A stretch of 64,000 nt of DNA from Octopus vulgaris (taxonomy: Eukaryota), in the NCBI GenBank assembly GCA_951406725.2, contig OX597826.1, forward strand, positions 21,328,001-21,392,000. Reading direction: 5' to 3'. The notes below the pieces were generated by a model that saw only the letters and a list, made by a program, of their open reading frames with translations, did no database searches and was not told the origin of the DNA. Both the position numbers and the translations under genes were made by a program. Positions 13,226-25,988 of this stretch are shown here, piece after piece. Within the stretch, counting starts at the first letter, position 1, and every line of letters begins with the position of its first letter.

Positions 13226-14004
13226 TCCCATCACTACCCTGTTGTCCATCTAATGTAGATTGGCCACAGCTGGGTTGTACAACTTCCAGCTTTAACAACT
13301 TGGAAAGGACACCAATTTCATTTCTAATTATTTCTTGATAATCAATACTGCAACAGATGGACTTGAATAATTACTGGGAGGGGAGTGGGGAACGAGAGAG
13401 AAGATTAACCCAATAAAACCAAACTATTTTGTAGTATTGAGCCCCAGGGTGCTCTCAATCAAATAAACTTAAAAGACTTTCCAGCTGTGACCATCCTGAC
13501 TTTTTTCAATCACTCTATGAGATCATGATATCTAAAATGTCTCCTTTTTTTAAGATGAGCGGATATTATTTGAGGGAGATTTTGCTGTTATTTCTAACAG
13601 GCAGATTGATTAGGCAGTGGCTGCTCCATTGCTGTAGTTTCAATTTCTATAGAAGCAGGGTCACAGGGGACAATGTATTTGCTAAATCATAGCTACTTTG
13701 TTTTTTTATCCAAAAGGGATAAAAAGCAAACTTCAATGCTAAAAGGATCTGAACTCAGAATGATGACTATATACTGTGAGGCATCTATTCTATTAGGGCC
13801 CTACAGATTCTAAAATTTCACTGGCCTTTAATTAGGTTGTCAATGTTTTTCTGCAGCAACTAATTCCAGTATATCACTGGTCCTGACCAAGGATGAAAAG
13901 AAGTGGATATTGACAGAGGATAAAATCAAAGCTGGACCAAAGAGGCATCAGAGTAGATAAACAGTGCCCTTTGGTGGTGCTGAACACACCATGCATTAAA
14001 AGTT

Positions 14005-15093
14005 GAACCTATGAAGCATCAGATGTGGTGTGCAAGAGAGACGACTGTGCTGGTATGGTCATGTGGCAAGAATGGATGAGGATAGCTGTGTGAAAAAGTG
14101 CTACACCCTAGCAGTTGAGGGACCCTGTGGAAGAGGTAGTCACAGGAAGACCTGGGATGAAGTGGTGAAGCACGACCTTCGAACTTTAGGCCTCACCGAG
14201 GCAATGACTAGTGACCAAGACTTTTGGAAATATGCTGTGCTTGAGAAGACCTGGCAAGCCAAATGCGACCATAACCTCATGGCCTATGCCAGGATCGTAA
14301 CCAGCCCACTTATGCATACCTTTCCTTCTTTGGACACTAAACTCTGCTTGCTAAGACCTGTTGAGGCAAGTGAAATCGAAATCAAATTCGATGACTGGCA
14401 TTCGTGCTAGTGGGGCGCTAAGAGTACCATCCGAGCATGATCATTGACAGAGTGGCTAACTGGCTTCCGTGCCGGTGGCACATAAAAGGTACCATTCGAG
14501 CATGATCGTTACCAGCATCGCCTTACTGGCACTTGTGTCGGTGGCACATGAAAAAAACATTCGAGCGAGGTCGTTGCCAGTGCCGCTGGACTGGCTCCTG
14601 TGCAGGTGATACATAAAAAGCACCTATTTCTTTACTACCCAAAAGGGGCTAAACACAGAGAGGACAACAAGGACAAATGGATTAAGTCGATTATATCAAC
14701 CCCAGGGCGTAACTGGTACTTATTTAATCGACCCCGAAAGGATGAAAGGCAAAGTCGACCTCGGCAGAACTTGAACTCAGAACGTAGCGGCAGACGAAAT
14801 ACCGCTAAGCATTTCGCCCGGCATGCTAACGATTCTGCCAGATCGCTGCCTCATAAAAAGCACCATTTGAGTGCGGCTGTTGCCAGTACAGCCTGACTGG
14901 CCCCCGTGTGGGTGGCACGTAAAAGCACCCACTACACTCTCAGAGTGGTTGACGTTAGGAAGGGCATCCAGCTGTAGAAACTCTGCCAGATCAGACTGGA
15001 GCCTGGTGCAGCCATCTGGTTCGCCAGTTCTCAGTCAAATAGTCCAACCCATGCTAGCATGGAAAGCGGACGTTAAACGATGATGATGATGAT
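14005..15093 (+). mobile_element. 5'-truncated RTE LINE interrupted by a SINE
   Basis: ORF 14030: RRLCWYGHVARMDEDSCVKKC...GRG..RKTWDEVVKHDL (RTE ORF2 C-terminus); (GAT)n tail. Confidence 0.88.
14625..14851 (-). mobile_element. SINE family B with 13-bp TSD
   Basis: CATAAAAAGCACC at 14612-14624 and 14852-14864; B box GAGTTCAAGTTC. Confidence 0.9.
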
Positions 15094-15394
15094 GAAATAA
15101 GATATTGTAATATAATATTTACAAGTCAACATACTGCAAACAAACGAGAGTCGTTAGGGGAAGTGGTTGCCTGCAGCATCAGGTAAGTAGGTTGTATTAA
15201 CCACAATTACACAAACACTACTCAAAGTTAGGATATAAAAACTTTACCCCACACACACACACCACACAGACTCTTTGAACTGCTCTAAATAACACCTGTG
15301 TTCTGTACATTTGGCTGAAAGCCAACTGAAGCTATTCATGCCTGTTGAAATATTACATCACCATGAATGAAATAAATATCATCATCATCATAAT

Positions 15395-15760
15395 AATTCT
15401 TTCTACTGAAGGGGGAGGGGGACTGACCCCACTGCATAACTGGTACTTATCTTATTGACCCTGAAAGGATGAAAAGCAAAGTCAACCTCAGTGTAATTTG
15501 AACTCAGAATACAAAGACAGACGAAACGCTGTTAAGCCTTCTGCCTAGAATGCTAACAAACCTCGTCACCGAATTGTTTTCTAGACTAGGCACAAGGCCA
15601 GCAATTTCCGGGGTGGGTGGGAGATAAGTCAGTTATATCAACCCCAGTGTTCAACTGAAACTTATTCTATCATCATCAAAAAGATGAAAGCCGAAATTGA
15701 ACCTGGAATCATTTGGACAGACAAAATGCTGCCCAGCACTGTAACAATTCTGCCACCACC
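15395..15760 (-). mobile_element. Two degenerate SINE family B copies
   Basis: GGATGAAA..CAAAGTC.ACCTC...TTTGAACTCAGA cores. Confidence 0.65.
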
Positions 15761-16764
15761 ACCACTACAACAACCCTCGTCCAGGCCAGTGTTCTGGAGG
15801 GAGCTTTCCAGTACATATACATTATCAAGCATGACCAACAGAAGCTTTAGTGTGATTAAACATTGTTATCTTAAGATGTATTTATTTTGGGTTAAAAGTA
15901 GAAGAATGGGGCCACAGTTCGTCTTTTATATGTTTTCATGTTGTACTATTATTTTTTTTCTTTCAGTAATTAGTCAAGAAATGAAGATTAGAACACAGAA
16001 ATACTAATGGAGGAGTTAATAAAATAAATCAAGTCAGGATTTAAGTTTTATTTGTAAAGAAAAATAACAAAAACAAAGGAAATTCAGCTGTAAAAATCTG
16101 TTAAGGTATGAAAGAGTGAATCCTGAAAATGATGATGGTCTGGTCTTGACAATGGACCATTATCACCATCATCATCATCATTTTAATGTCTGTTTTCCAT
16201 GCAGGCATAGGTTGAACAGTTTTAGAAAAGCTGGTGAGCCAGAGGACTGTATCAAGCCATACTGTCTGTTGTGGCAGTTTCTACAGCTAGTTGCCCTTTC
16301 TAACACCAACCACTTTCCAGAGTGTACCTGGGTCCTTTTTTCATGGCACCAGCAAGGATACCCAGTTACTCATGAGACATGAGTGGAATGGAGAGTTGTA
16401 TTGAGAGGAATAGCTTTGTGCCAAGTGTTGGGTGCTTCAAAAGGAGTTGATAGAACAGTTTGAAAAATATTATTGTGAGTAGTGAAGACAACACTTATTT
16501 CAGGTGGTCGTCATTGTCTTTATAAGAGAGAAGTGAAGAGGCCAAGACTTTAGATAGTTCACCTCTCTTAATAAACTCTTCAAGAAATTCTAAGATATGA
16601 AAATAATCTTGATAACAAGCTCAGACACAAAGCTACAAGATGTAAGAGGTCTTCCTGTCAACAATAACACATTTTACACTGTATCTCACTAATTATGATA
16701 AAGGCTGTAAAGGTTAATTATACCAAATTACCTAACCATAGTCTCATTAGCTCTAACGAAGGCC

Positions 16765-17209
16765 AGCATTTCCTAATCTTTATAGGCTTACAGAACCCTT
16801 GAAAAACATCCTACAGAACCCCTGCATCATTATATAACAAAGTGTTAAACCCTTCCTTTTTATAAAAGTTTATTTCATAAAAGATTAAACAATTTATAAA
16901 CCAATCTTTGAAAGGTTTGGCATCAGACACCATAAAGAATGTTTAAGAAATTTCATCATAACAAAAATCTTGATTAGACCAAATTCCTCAACAATTTCCC
17001 ATTAAGAGAGAATTTTTTCCTGTAGGATCTCTTTACTACCTTCTTCATGCTATGATTTCAAATATCTGAGCATGTTTAATAAAGCTAAAAATAATGAATT
17101 AAATGCCAAAATTACTCAAAACTTCATTTGCATATAATTAGTCGATTTATCTCTATTTTTTGCAGAACCTCTTGCAACCTCTTGGCAAAGCCTGGTTTGG
17201 AAATGCTAA
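16765..17209. mobile_element. Old hAT-like MITE
   Basis: Imperfect TIRs CAGCATTTCC / GGAAATGCTA with subterminal AGAACCC repeats; TSD not recognisable. Confidence 0.4.
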
Positions 17210-17303
17210 TTAGACAATAAATTACTTGATGTTATCTCGTTAAATGTGACACAGACTGTAAATTAAAGCAAATTACTTGACACAATTCTTCATTAGTTAT
17301 GCT

Positions 17304-17687
17304 ATCTCTCTCTATATAAACGGCAGTTTGTCTGTGCGTGTTTCTGTGTGTCTGTTTGCTTGTACCCTCACCCTGACCACGGCTTTCAACCGATTCTGAT
17401 GAAACTTGACGCACACATAGCCCAATGTCATAATTCAAAACTAACGTAGCGAAATTTTTTAAAAGTTCCCCCAGTTCTGAAAAAATCGATAAATTCGACA
17501 TGGGGTCGAGAATCAGAAACACAAACAGCAAACTGTCTAGGGGACGCAACTCCACCTTTTTTCACTCTCAAAAAAAATTTACCATCATTTTTTCCCATTT
17601 TTTTGCTATTTTTTGGCTATAACTCTCTAAAAATGCTTTATAGTTATTTCCCTTACAAACCTGAGCAACGCCGGGCGATACTGCTAG
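17304..17687 (+). mobile_element. Non-autonomous Helitron
   Basis: 5' TC(TC)nTATATAA followed by (GTCT/GTGT)n, subterminal GC hairpin, 3' CTAG followed by T; no TSD. Confidence 0.75.
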
Positions 17688-19358
17688 TACACTATAAACT
17701 AGAGTTAATTACTTGATGTAATATCTTGTTAGCTCCAGCCTGTACTGGAAACTGCTATCATCAAACAACGCAATGGCAATGATAAAGACAGCTCTAATAA
17801 AACCTAATGACCACCCTTTATGTACCTTACAGTTTCAAATGAGGAGCCCATTTGTCAACCGTGTAGGCATGGGTTCAACCCCACAGCAGGACACCTTGGG
17901 CAAATATCTTCTATTGTAGAAATGGATTAACCAGTGTTTTGTTAATGAATTTGCAAGTTAGAAACTGTACAAAAGACTGTTGTTTATGCATATGTGTGTG
18001 CCTGTGGTGTGTGTGTGTGTGCCTGTGTGTGTGTGTGTGTGCCTGTGGTGTGTGTGTGTGTATACATGTGTATGTATCTTTCACCAGTGTACATCAATAA
18101 AGGATGTAAACATCTGTGAAAAAAAAACCAAATAAGTAGTGTCTTTTGAATGAAGTCTCCTGTTGATATTTGTTTTGCCCCAAGTTACAGACACTTCCTT
18201 CTTACTCTCAGCATCAGAAATACAGTGAACTCAGTATGTCGGAGAGCAATTCTTTTGTTCAGATTCATTGACCATAAACACTTCAATGACTGACTATCTG
18301 TTTAATCTCAAAAAATTGAAACAGGAAAATAGGTTAAAATCCTGAACAGCAACAAAGCCTTTCGCTCAGTGACGACAGCCTTCACAAAATGTCCTACTTT
18401 TATTTTAGCGAAGCTTTTACTGCAAAACTGTCAAAAAAACGATCTTGTCAAATAAACAAGAGATACAATATTTATTGTTGCTTAGCCCTAGGTCAATTCT
18501 GATTGAGGAAACGTGCAAGAAATAGCAGCCAAATCCACCACAAAATAACACCCAATTGTTTGTTTTTTTTAAAGTGGGCAGGGAAAGAGATGTGTTGATG
18601 TAATTCAAAGTAGACACAATGTTGATAAAGAAATATAGGATGGCCATGGCCAGAATGTCTTTGATCACAGATCTCGATTAGGGCGGACTCAAGACTAAAC
18701 AACAGCATTAGCAAACATGTCTCTAAAAAGTTGGCTGATCTGCTAGAAATAACAGCCAAATCTCAATCATTTCACACACTATCATCTTGGGGGAAAAACA
18801 AGATACACGGATAATGTCATCCTGGATATAGGAAAACACAGGATGGTCATAGGTGGAATGTCTTTGCACACAGGTCTAACTGATCAGCCACTGACCCTGG
18901 GCTAAACAACAACAACACTATGTTGTTTATTTCTTTGATTAAACAATGGAGAACGAATGTGAGTTTGTAAGAAGAGTAATAAAAGAAAAGAGTGGGGAGG
19001 CAGAAAGGCAGCGATGAATGGGTCTCATTGCAGGGGGTCAGGGAGGAGAGAATGGGAAACAGTCAGAAGAGAAGGAATTCAGGATACATATGACGTGTGT
19101 GTGTGTGTGTGTGAATTTATATGTAGATATATATGAAGGCCTTGTGAATAGCAATTTCATAAAAAGACAACCTTCTGTTCAACTCCCCCCACCCCACCGT
19201 ACATGACATATATTCCTGTTTTTGTGTGTCTGCTTGTTTTAGGTGACAGAATGGAGTGGGGGTGAGACAACAGACTATCTGGATGTCCACACAAACACAC
19301 TAATAATTCACTCACACACCCACCTAATCATAAATTCAATAAAAGCATATATATATAT

Positions 19359-21356
19359 ACTAGCATTATGACCCTTCATTGCTGGGTCATAGTGCTAGTG
19401 CATGTATATATGTGTATATATATCTGTACATATTACATGTACATCTATATATATACATCTACACATAAAATACAAAATACAAAAATGTCTTATAATGTAA
19501 CACACTCACTGGTAAAATTTCCACTTATTATTTTTATTTCCCTAAAATTTTCATTGCGTCTTGCAACCTTTTCAATAGTCTTGAAAATTTTAGGGAAATA
19601 AAAATAAGAAATAAGTGGAAATTTTACCGGTGAGTGTGTTACATTATAAGGCATAAAAAGAAAATTACTCTCCCCAGACACAACAGAATATGCTTCAACA
19701 CACAAACTCATATAAAGAATCTTGCAAACCAAATCCAAAAACGAAATTCTATTTAAATTTATCAATTACTAGCATTATGACCCATCGTTGCCGGGTCATA
19801 GTGCTAGTGCATGTATATATGTGTACATATTACATGTACATCTATATATACATCTACACATAAAATACAAAATGCAAAGTTATATCTTGATATCGCTAGT
19901 AATAACAATACTCAAAATATATAACAGACTGGAATTGTCGGGGCCCGTCTCTTGCAATTTCGATCAATTGTATCTTGCCCTCCCTCTTGTATAGAAGTGT
20001 GGCTACAATCCAGCCTACCTCTACTTCGAGGGGGACATTTTAAATTTTTATCCGGGATGTCCTACGTCCCAGATTTAAAGGTAAAAATAAAATATTTCCA
20101 CTTTGCAAGGTTCGAGTTGAGTACTCCCTTGTACACTCTGTTGACTCGAACCTTGCTTCTATTGTGGCGAATTTACCGCCTCTTGTTATATATCTTTCAT
20201 AGTCGCACCAAGACACTTTTCGATGGTGCTTTCCTCCAAGTGTTCAAATCTTTTTTTTTTCTCTACATTATATACTTTATAGACAATAGTCTTTTCTTTA
20301 ATTTAATTTTTTAGTTTGTTTGGTGGTGTTATCCTAGATTCACCATCTTTGTCGGTGATCAATCCGAAATAGGTTTGTATTTCTTCCATTTTAATTTCAA
20401 TGAGTTCGCACCCGCCAATGGCTGCAGCGAAATTCATTTTTGGACTTTCTTCTATCGAAGGCATTCTAACAAAAATGCTTCCGTATAAACGGTGAAAATA
20501 TTGTCAATTTCCCCAAACAGGGACACAATTCAATTTTTAAACAATAACCAAAGCTCCTTCTCCCAAAGGGGGAGGGTTACAGTTTACAATTATTTAACAA
20601 ATGCAACACAACGTTTCCCTTACGAGGAACCAACAAACGTGATAACAATAGTTAAACAGTAATAATGATTACAACAAACCTTACGGTGAATCAAAAAGCA
20701 GTACGCAGTTGAAGCTATAGTCCTTTATGTATAAGAAATAAACCAACAGCAGTACTCAGTAGAAGCGGCTGTTCGAGAAAACAGACATTACATACAGCCA
20801 AACTTCATATAGATACTTAATGCTAGCTAATTAGCAGATAATCTAATGTAAAAGCCGTGGTAAACGGTATGTGCACAGCTCCATTTGAACTATTCCATTT
20901 CTGCACACTAATTTTATTTTTAATTTATTCCCATTCATGTGAAACCACTTATTCAAGTTCAAGTCACTGATGCAATTTTATACCAATTGCTATTTTTACT
21001 TTAGTTATGTTACGATTATATTATACTTTAGTTTGATTTTAATTATTACTTACTACATATAATTCAATTGTTATTATTATCTCTAATTTTTATTGTTAAA
21101 GTGAAAGTATCTGACATAAAATAGAGAAATGTTTTTGTTTCACTTTTAACACGTAATACTGAAATAGTGGAGAAGATATGATATTGCTGTGGGCTCGCCC
21201 TAGGCAAGAAGTTGAACATTTTTTTTGCCCATGAAACTACATGGACCCTAAGTAGGGCATGTGTAAAATTTGAATAAAATTGGTTGTGTAGTTCTCAAGT
21301 TTTAGTGAAACACAAAGACAGACAGACACACATTCTCAGTTTTATATATAGAGAGA
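19359..21356 (-). mobile_element. Composite non-autonomous Helitron with duplicated 3' end, Penelope-type insert and captured LINE ORF1 fragment
   Basis: 5' TCTCTATATATAAA+(GTCT)n at ~21356; CTAG-T hairpin termini at 19359 and 19768 shared with the 21950 copy. Confidence 0.7.
19542..19578 (-). ncRNA. Minimal type-I hammerhead motif, U3-A8 core variant
   Basis: CUA-UUGAAAA-G-GUUGC aagac GCAAU-GAAA-AUU-U-UAG. Confidence 0.5.
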
Positions 21357-21949
21357 TATATATACATGCACACACACACACACACACACACACATGCAGT
21401 TAGTGTAATTATATCCCCCCCCCCTTGGATGTGTGTGTGTCTTTAATCCTTTCTATTATAGACACAAGGCTTGAAATTTTGGGGAGGGGATAGTCAATTA
21501 CATCGACCCCCCCCCCCTAGTACTCAACTGGTACTCAATTTATCAACCCCCAAAAGGATGAAAGGCAAAGTTGACCTTGGTGTGCCTTTAATGCTATGGC
21601 ACTCCATCAGTTGTGATGAGAAAGGTTCCAGTTGATCCGATCAATGGAAGATCCTCCTCGTGAAATTGACATGCAAGTGGCTGAGTACTCCACAGATACA
21701 TGTACCCTTCAGGGGGATTCAGTAAGGCACAGAATATGACAAAGCTGGTCCTTATTTAATTACAGGTACAACTCATGTTTGCCAGCTGAGTGGATTAGAG
21801 CATTGTGAAGTAAAGCAACTTGCTCAAGGAAACAATGCAGCACCAGGAATCGAACTCACAAACTCACGATCCTGAACCAAGTACTCTAACCACAAAGCCA
21901 GGCTTTTTGCCCTTTGAAGTTCCAGGGAATCACAAACAGTTTAATATAT

Positions 21950-22320
21950 ACTAGCACTATGACCCGGCAACGCGTTGCCGGGTCATAGTGCTAGTGCATG
22001 CATATACAGCTGCGTGCGCACATACACGCAAGTACTGTCCAAATCTCCGACCAATCACATACATGTAGCTGGCATTCAATTGGTGTATCAAGTTTCAGGC
22101 ATTTTGATTGGGTTTTGGATAGAAAATTCACAAAAATGTCACTTCTATTGATTTTTTAGTGGCTTTGCAGGGTGACTGGGGAAATGTAAAGATGTGCACG
22201 ACCACTCTTGGATGGTTTTGAATGACCATAGAAAGTGCAAGCCCTCTAACTGAAAAATTGTGGATTTGTATAAAGGACATACGCACAGACAGACATTTTG
22301 CCGTTTATAAATATAGAGAT
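21950..22320 (-). mobile_element. Non-autonomous Helitron, same terminal family as 19359
   Basis: 5' TCTCTATATTTATAAACGGCAAAATG(TCTG)n at ~22319; 3' CTAG within a perfect 46-bp palindrome. Confidence 0.75.
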
Positions 22321-23289
22321 ATACATACTTGTCACCCACAAACTGTATACACACTTAGAATTATTTTAACTGTCACTAACTAATTTTTTATGTAATTAAT
22401 GGCAAAAATAAGCTTTGAGAAAAAGAAATTCTCTGGAATGGTCATAGCCCTGGGAATGTGGGAATCTGACCAAAGTACAAAGCCAGTTTAGGAAGGAAAA
22501 TTTGGAAAATTAGTAAGACCCACCATAACTCAGATCAGAGAGAAGCTGGAATCAGAACTATTTCAGACACCTATAAAGAGCATTCTGGAACATAGGGGCA
22601 ATTGTCTACAATTGTAGCAGAGCTCTTGTAAAAATCTTTTCAGCAAATATCCCATGAAGTAAGAGACCTAAAATCAACCATCCAGAACATCTCAAAGAAC
22701 CCTTATTGGACAGGCTTCATTCTGGCTTTACTTCAGATCCTCAGTGATGAAGGTTTTGAATCCTGAGATTGGTAGGTGGCATAATGTGCAGGGGACACAC
22801 AGTTTCCAAACTAGGCTCAAGTCTTTCTATCATGCAGCATTACACTTCATACACAAGCATCATACAACTTATCATTTACTCTCAAAGAGCATCCTTTTCT
22901 TAGCCACAAAGGTACCCCAAGAAACTTTTTCCCCCACTTCATTCTTATTCTGGCAATTATGCTTTTGGTACTGCCACTGTCAATTAACTTGCCTCACTAC
23001 AAAAAGCTATTCAATATTTCTACAAACATAGTATTCCACATATCAAAACTCTCTTGTGCTTATTTCCAATAAACAAAGTCAAAAGAATGAACTGATTGTT
23101 ACCAACTGACAAATTTAAGATTTTTCTCCCAGACAACCTTCTCAACAAAAATAAATTGAAATCAAATACAATATCATGACCAAGTTTTTTGAACTTGTAT
23201 AAAAGTTTCTTTTCATATGAATGCAGCTTTAGACACACACACACACACAGTTTTTCTCTAGCTCATTTATAGAAAACAGGCATTGTTTA

Positions 23290-23460
23290 TTTCGTTTTGG
23301 GATTTGGTTTGCAAGATTCTTTATATGAGTCAAAACTATTGAAAAGGTTGCAAGATGCAATGAAAATTTTAGGAAAATAAAAATAAGAAAAAAGTGGAAA
23401 TTTTACCGGTGAGTGTGTTATATTATAAGGTACAAAAAGAAAATGACTCTCCCCAAACAC
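23290..23460. mobile_element. Penelope-type repeat fragment with internal inversion and 15-bp TSD
   Basis: AACAGGCATTGTTTA at 23275-23289 and 23461-23475; both parts match 19489-19765. Confidence 0.75.
23336..23372 (+). ncRNA. Minimal type-I hammerhead motif, U3-A8 core variant (second copy)
   Basis: CUA-UUGAAAA-G-GUUGCA aga UGCAAU-GAAA-AUU-U-UAG. Confidence 0.5.
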
Positions 23461-24629
23461 AACAGGCATTGTTTAGTTTTACTTCAATTTATCAAGGTTT
23501 TTCTTAATATCTTTGTATGAGTCCCGGCAATTTGTTTGGAAGGATAAAATTTCAATAACAGATTTACAGTGTGACAAATCATAACTGTTAACATGACAAA
23601 TCACAAGATGTACTATGACATAGCACATATCTTTAGTATGACATATACAGGCCTGTCATATCAAGTATGACATATCACAGTCCTATTATATAACATAGCA
23701 CTATTTGTATTGGTATCCTGTCATCTCAACTCTGAGATAAAACATCCCAAGATCCAGTCTCGGCATTTCAAACCAACAGATATTCTATGTGGTTCTTCAA
23801 TCAGCCAGAAAAAACAACATAATTTCCCTCAAATCACACTATAAAAGAAATAACACAACAATGAACGCAGGCATGTGTGTGTTTATTCTTTCTACTCCTT
23901 CCTCCCTTCTTTCCTTTCATTCTTTTTCCCTTGAGATTTCCTTTCCAAAGCGTAACTTGTCTTCTTTCCTGTTATCTTTATTCCACTTGCCTCTTTCTTT
24001 CTCTTTTCCTCCCCCATACACGTACCATACCTTCACTGTTCTGCTTTGTTATAACCAGAAACAGCATTCATTTTCTAGGCAGTTCAATTTTTCTCCACTG
24101 ACCAACAGACCAACTGAGTAAACCTGTCAGTGATGTACCTATAATGACAACTGGAAACAGCTGTAAGCCATATTTGCTCCAATAAAGGAAAAATACATTA
24201 TGACCATTATTTACACCGTATCCTCTGTGTGTGTGTGTGTATGTGTGTATGAATTAAAAGAAGGGGTCAAATAGTTGAGAAGTTTACTTTGCAATCATAA
24301 GTTTGGGGGCTGAATCCTATAGTTTGGCATCTTGGGCATCATCTCGGATCTTGTGATGGGAAACTGTGTGAAAATCTGTGTATCTGTATTCTAAAGGTCC
24401 AGCTCTGTTACACTGATTCTGCCAGAGAATTATGTTAAGGATACATGTGTCTGTGGAATACTTGACTACTCTAATTAAATGACCAGGTAGTTCAATGGCG
24501 CAAACAACTGAATGAATCTCTGTTAAGAGAGTAATTTACTATGACATATATGAGGAAAGATATGCTTGGCTGAGGAGTTCAGAATAATAGCAAAATATAT
24601 CTAGGGTTGTCCCCCATTCCTGATAATAT

Positions 24630-25065
24630 AATAATCTTTTCTATTATAGAAACAAGGCCCAAAATTTTGGAAAGGGCCAGTTGATTATATTGACCTCAGT
24701 GTTCAACTGGTACTTAATTTATTGACCCCAAGGGGATGACAAGTCAACCTTGACAGAATTTGAACTCAGATCATAAAGACAGATAAAATGCTGCCAAGCA
24801 TTTTGCCCAGCCTGCTAATGATTCTGCCAACTCACCTATTAAAACCTAAATAATAATAATCCTTTCTACAATAGGCACAAGGTCAGAAATTGGGGGAGGA
24901 GGACAGTCAATTACATCGACCCAATAGGTACTTTTTCCACAGACCCTGAAAGGATGAAAGGCAAAGTTGACCTCAGGGGAATTTGAGCTCAGAACATAGC
25001 AACAGGCAAAATACCACTAAGCATTTTGCCTGATGTGCTAACAATTCTGCCAGCTCACTGCCTTC
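24630..25065 (-). mobile_element. Two tandem SINE family B copies
   Basis: Same core as 14625-14851. Confidence 0.75.
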
Positions 25066-25344
25066 TTGTAAATTACATTCCTTTCCAATAGACAATATGC
25101 CAATCCCTTCCAAACTAAACCTCAGTCAATAAATCCTAAATTAAACCCAGATCAATGCATTTGGAATTAAACCTTAACAAAATATCTGCTAAGCCATATA
25201 TCAGTGTTAACTGTGAGACAATATTTTCTTGTCATTTCAAGCATCTCAGTATAAGAAACAACCATTTATCAAGATTGTGGGGGAAATGGCAGAGTCAGGG
25301 ATAAAATAAAATGTGAAAACTTGTTAAATAGAAAATATATTTAC

Positions 25345-25378
25345 CTGTCCAATAGCAAGAAATTGAAATGAAGGGAAA
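25345..25378 (-). CDS. SLC35D1: SLC35D-like exon 2 (34 nt)
   Basis: ttcAG / (N)FPSFQFLAIGQ / GTAAAT; phases join exons 1 and 3 in frame. Confidence 0.9.
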
Positions 25379-25587
25379 CTGAAACAGAATTAGAAATATT
25401 ATTTATTTTATTTTATATTTTAAATATAAACTCAATATTAAATATATATGTTTGATGTTAAATCAAATACACATTTAATATTAAAGATATATTCAATAGC
25501 AAACTATAAAAGTACATGGCTTAGTACTTTCAAATGTTAATATTCAGAGTGAACCACAGATGATATTTGTATCTCTTGTGATGTTAA

Positions 25588-25988
25588 CCTTTTGGCATTC
25601 AGAAACTAATCAAATTTAATATTTATTGATTCATATTGTTTTGAATTAATCACGCATTGAATTAATCATGTATTTTGAATTAATCACGTTTGCTACACTC
25701 TCGGAGTGGTTGGTGTTAGGAAGGTCATCCAGCTGTAGAAACTCTGTCAAATCTAGATTGGAGCCTGGTGCAGCCATCTGGTTCGCCAGCCCTCAGTCAA
25801 AATCGTCCAACTCATGCTAGCATGGAAAGCGGATATTAAACGATGATGATGATGATGTCTCAACTTTAAGATTTTGATGGGGCTTTGACTAACATTGTCA
25901 GATAGGTGTGAAAGACTGGATCTGGCCAGTTTGAACATAAAACAGGTAGAATATTTGGACTGATGTGACTGATTTAAATGCTAAAGGG
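25588..25988. mobile_element. piggyBac-like MITE interrupted by an RTE tail (25690-25857)
   Basis: TTAA-CCTTTTGGCATT ... AATGCTAAAGGG ends; body shared with 56012-57430. Confidence 0.6.

Noticed and set aside
19930-19994. ELSGPVSCNFDQLYLALPLV resembles Helitron/PIF1 helicase motif VI (PVFSHGQLYVALSRV)
   Set aside because: Antisense to the Helitron, lacks the key G and SR residues, and the opposite strand gives a much longer coherent ORF1-like peptide
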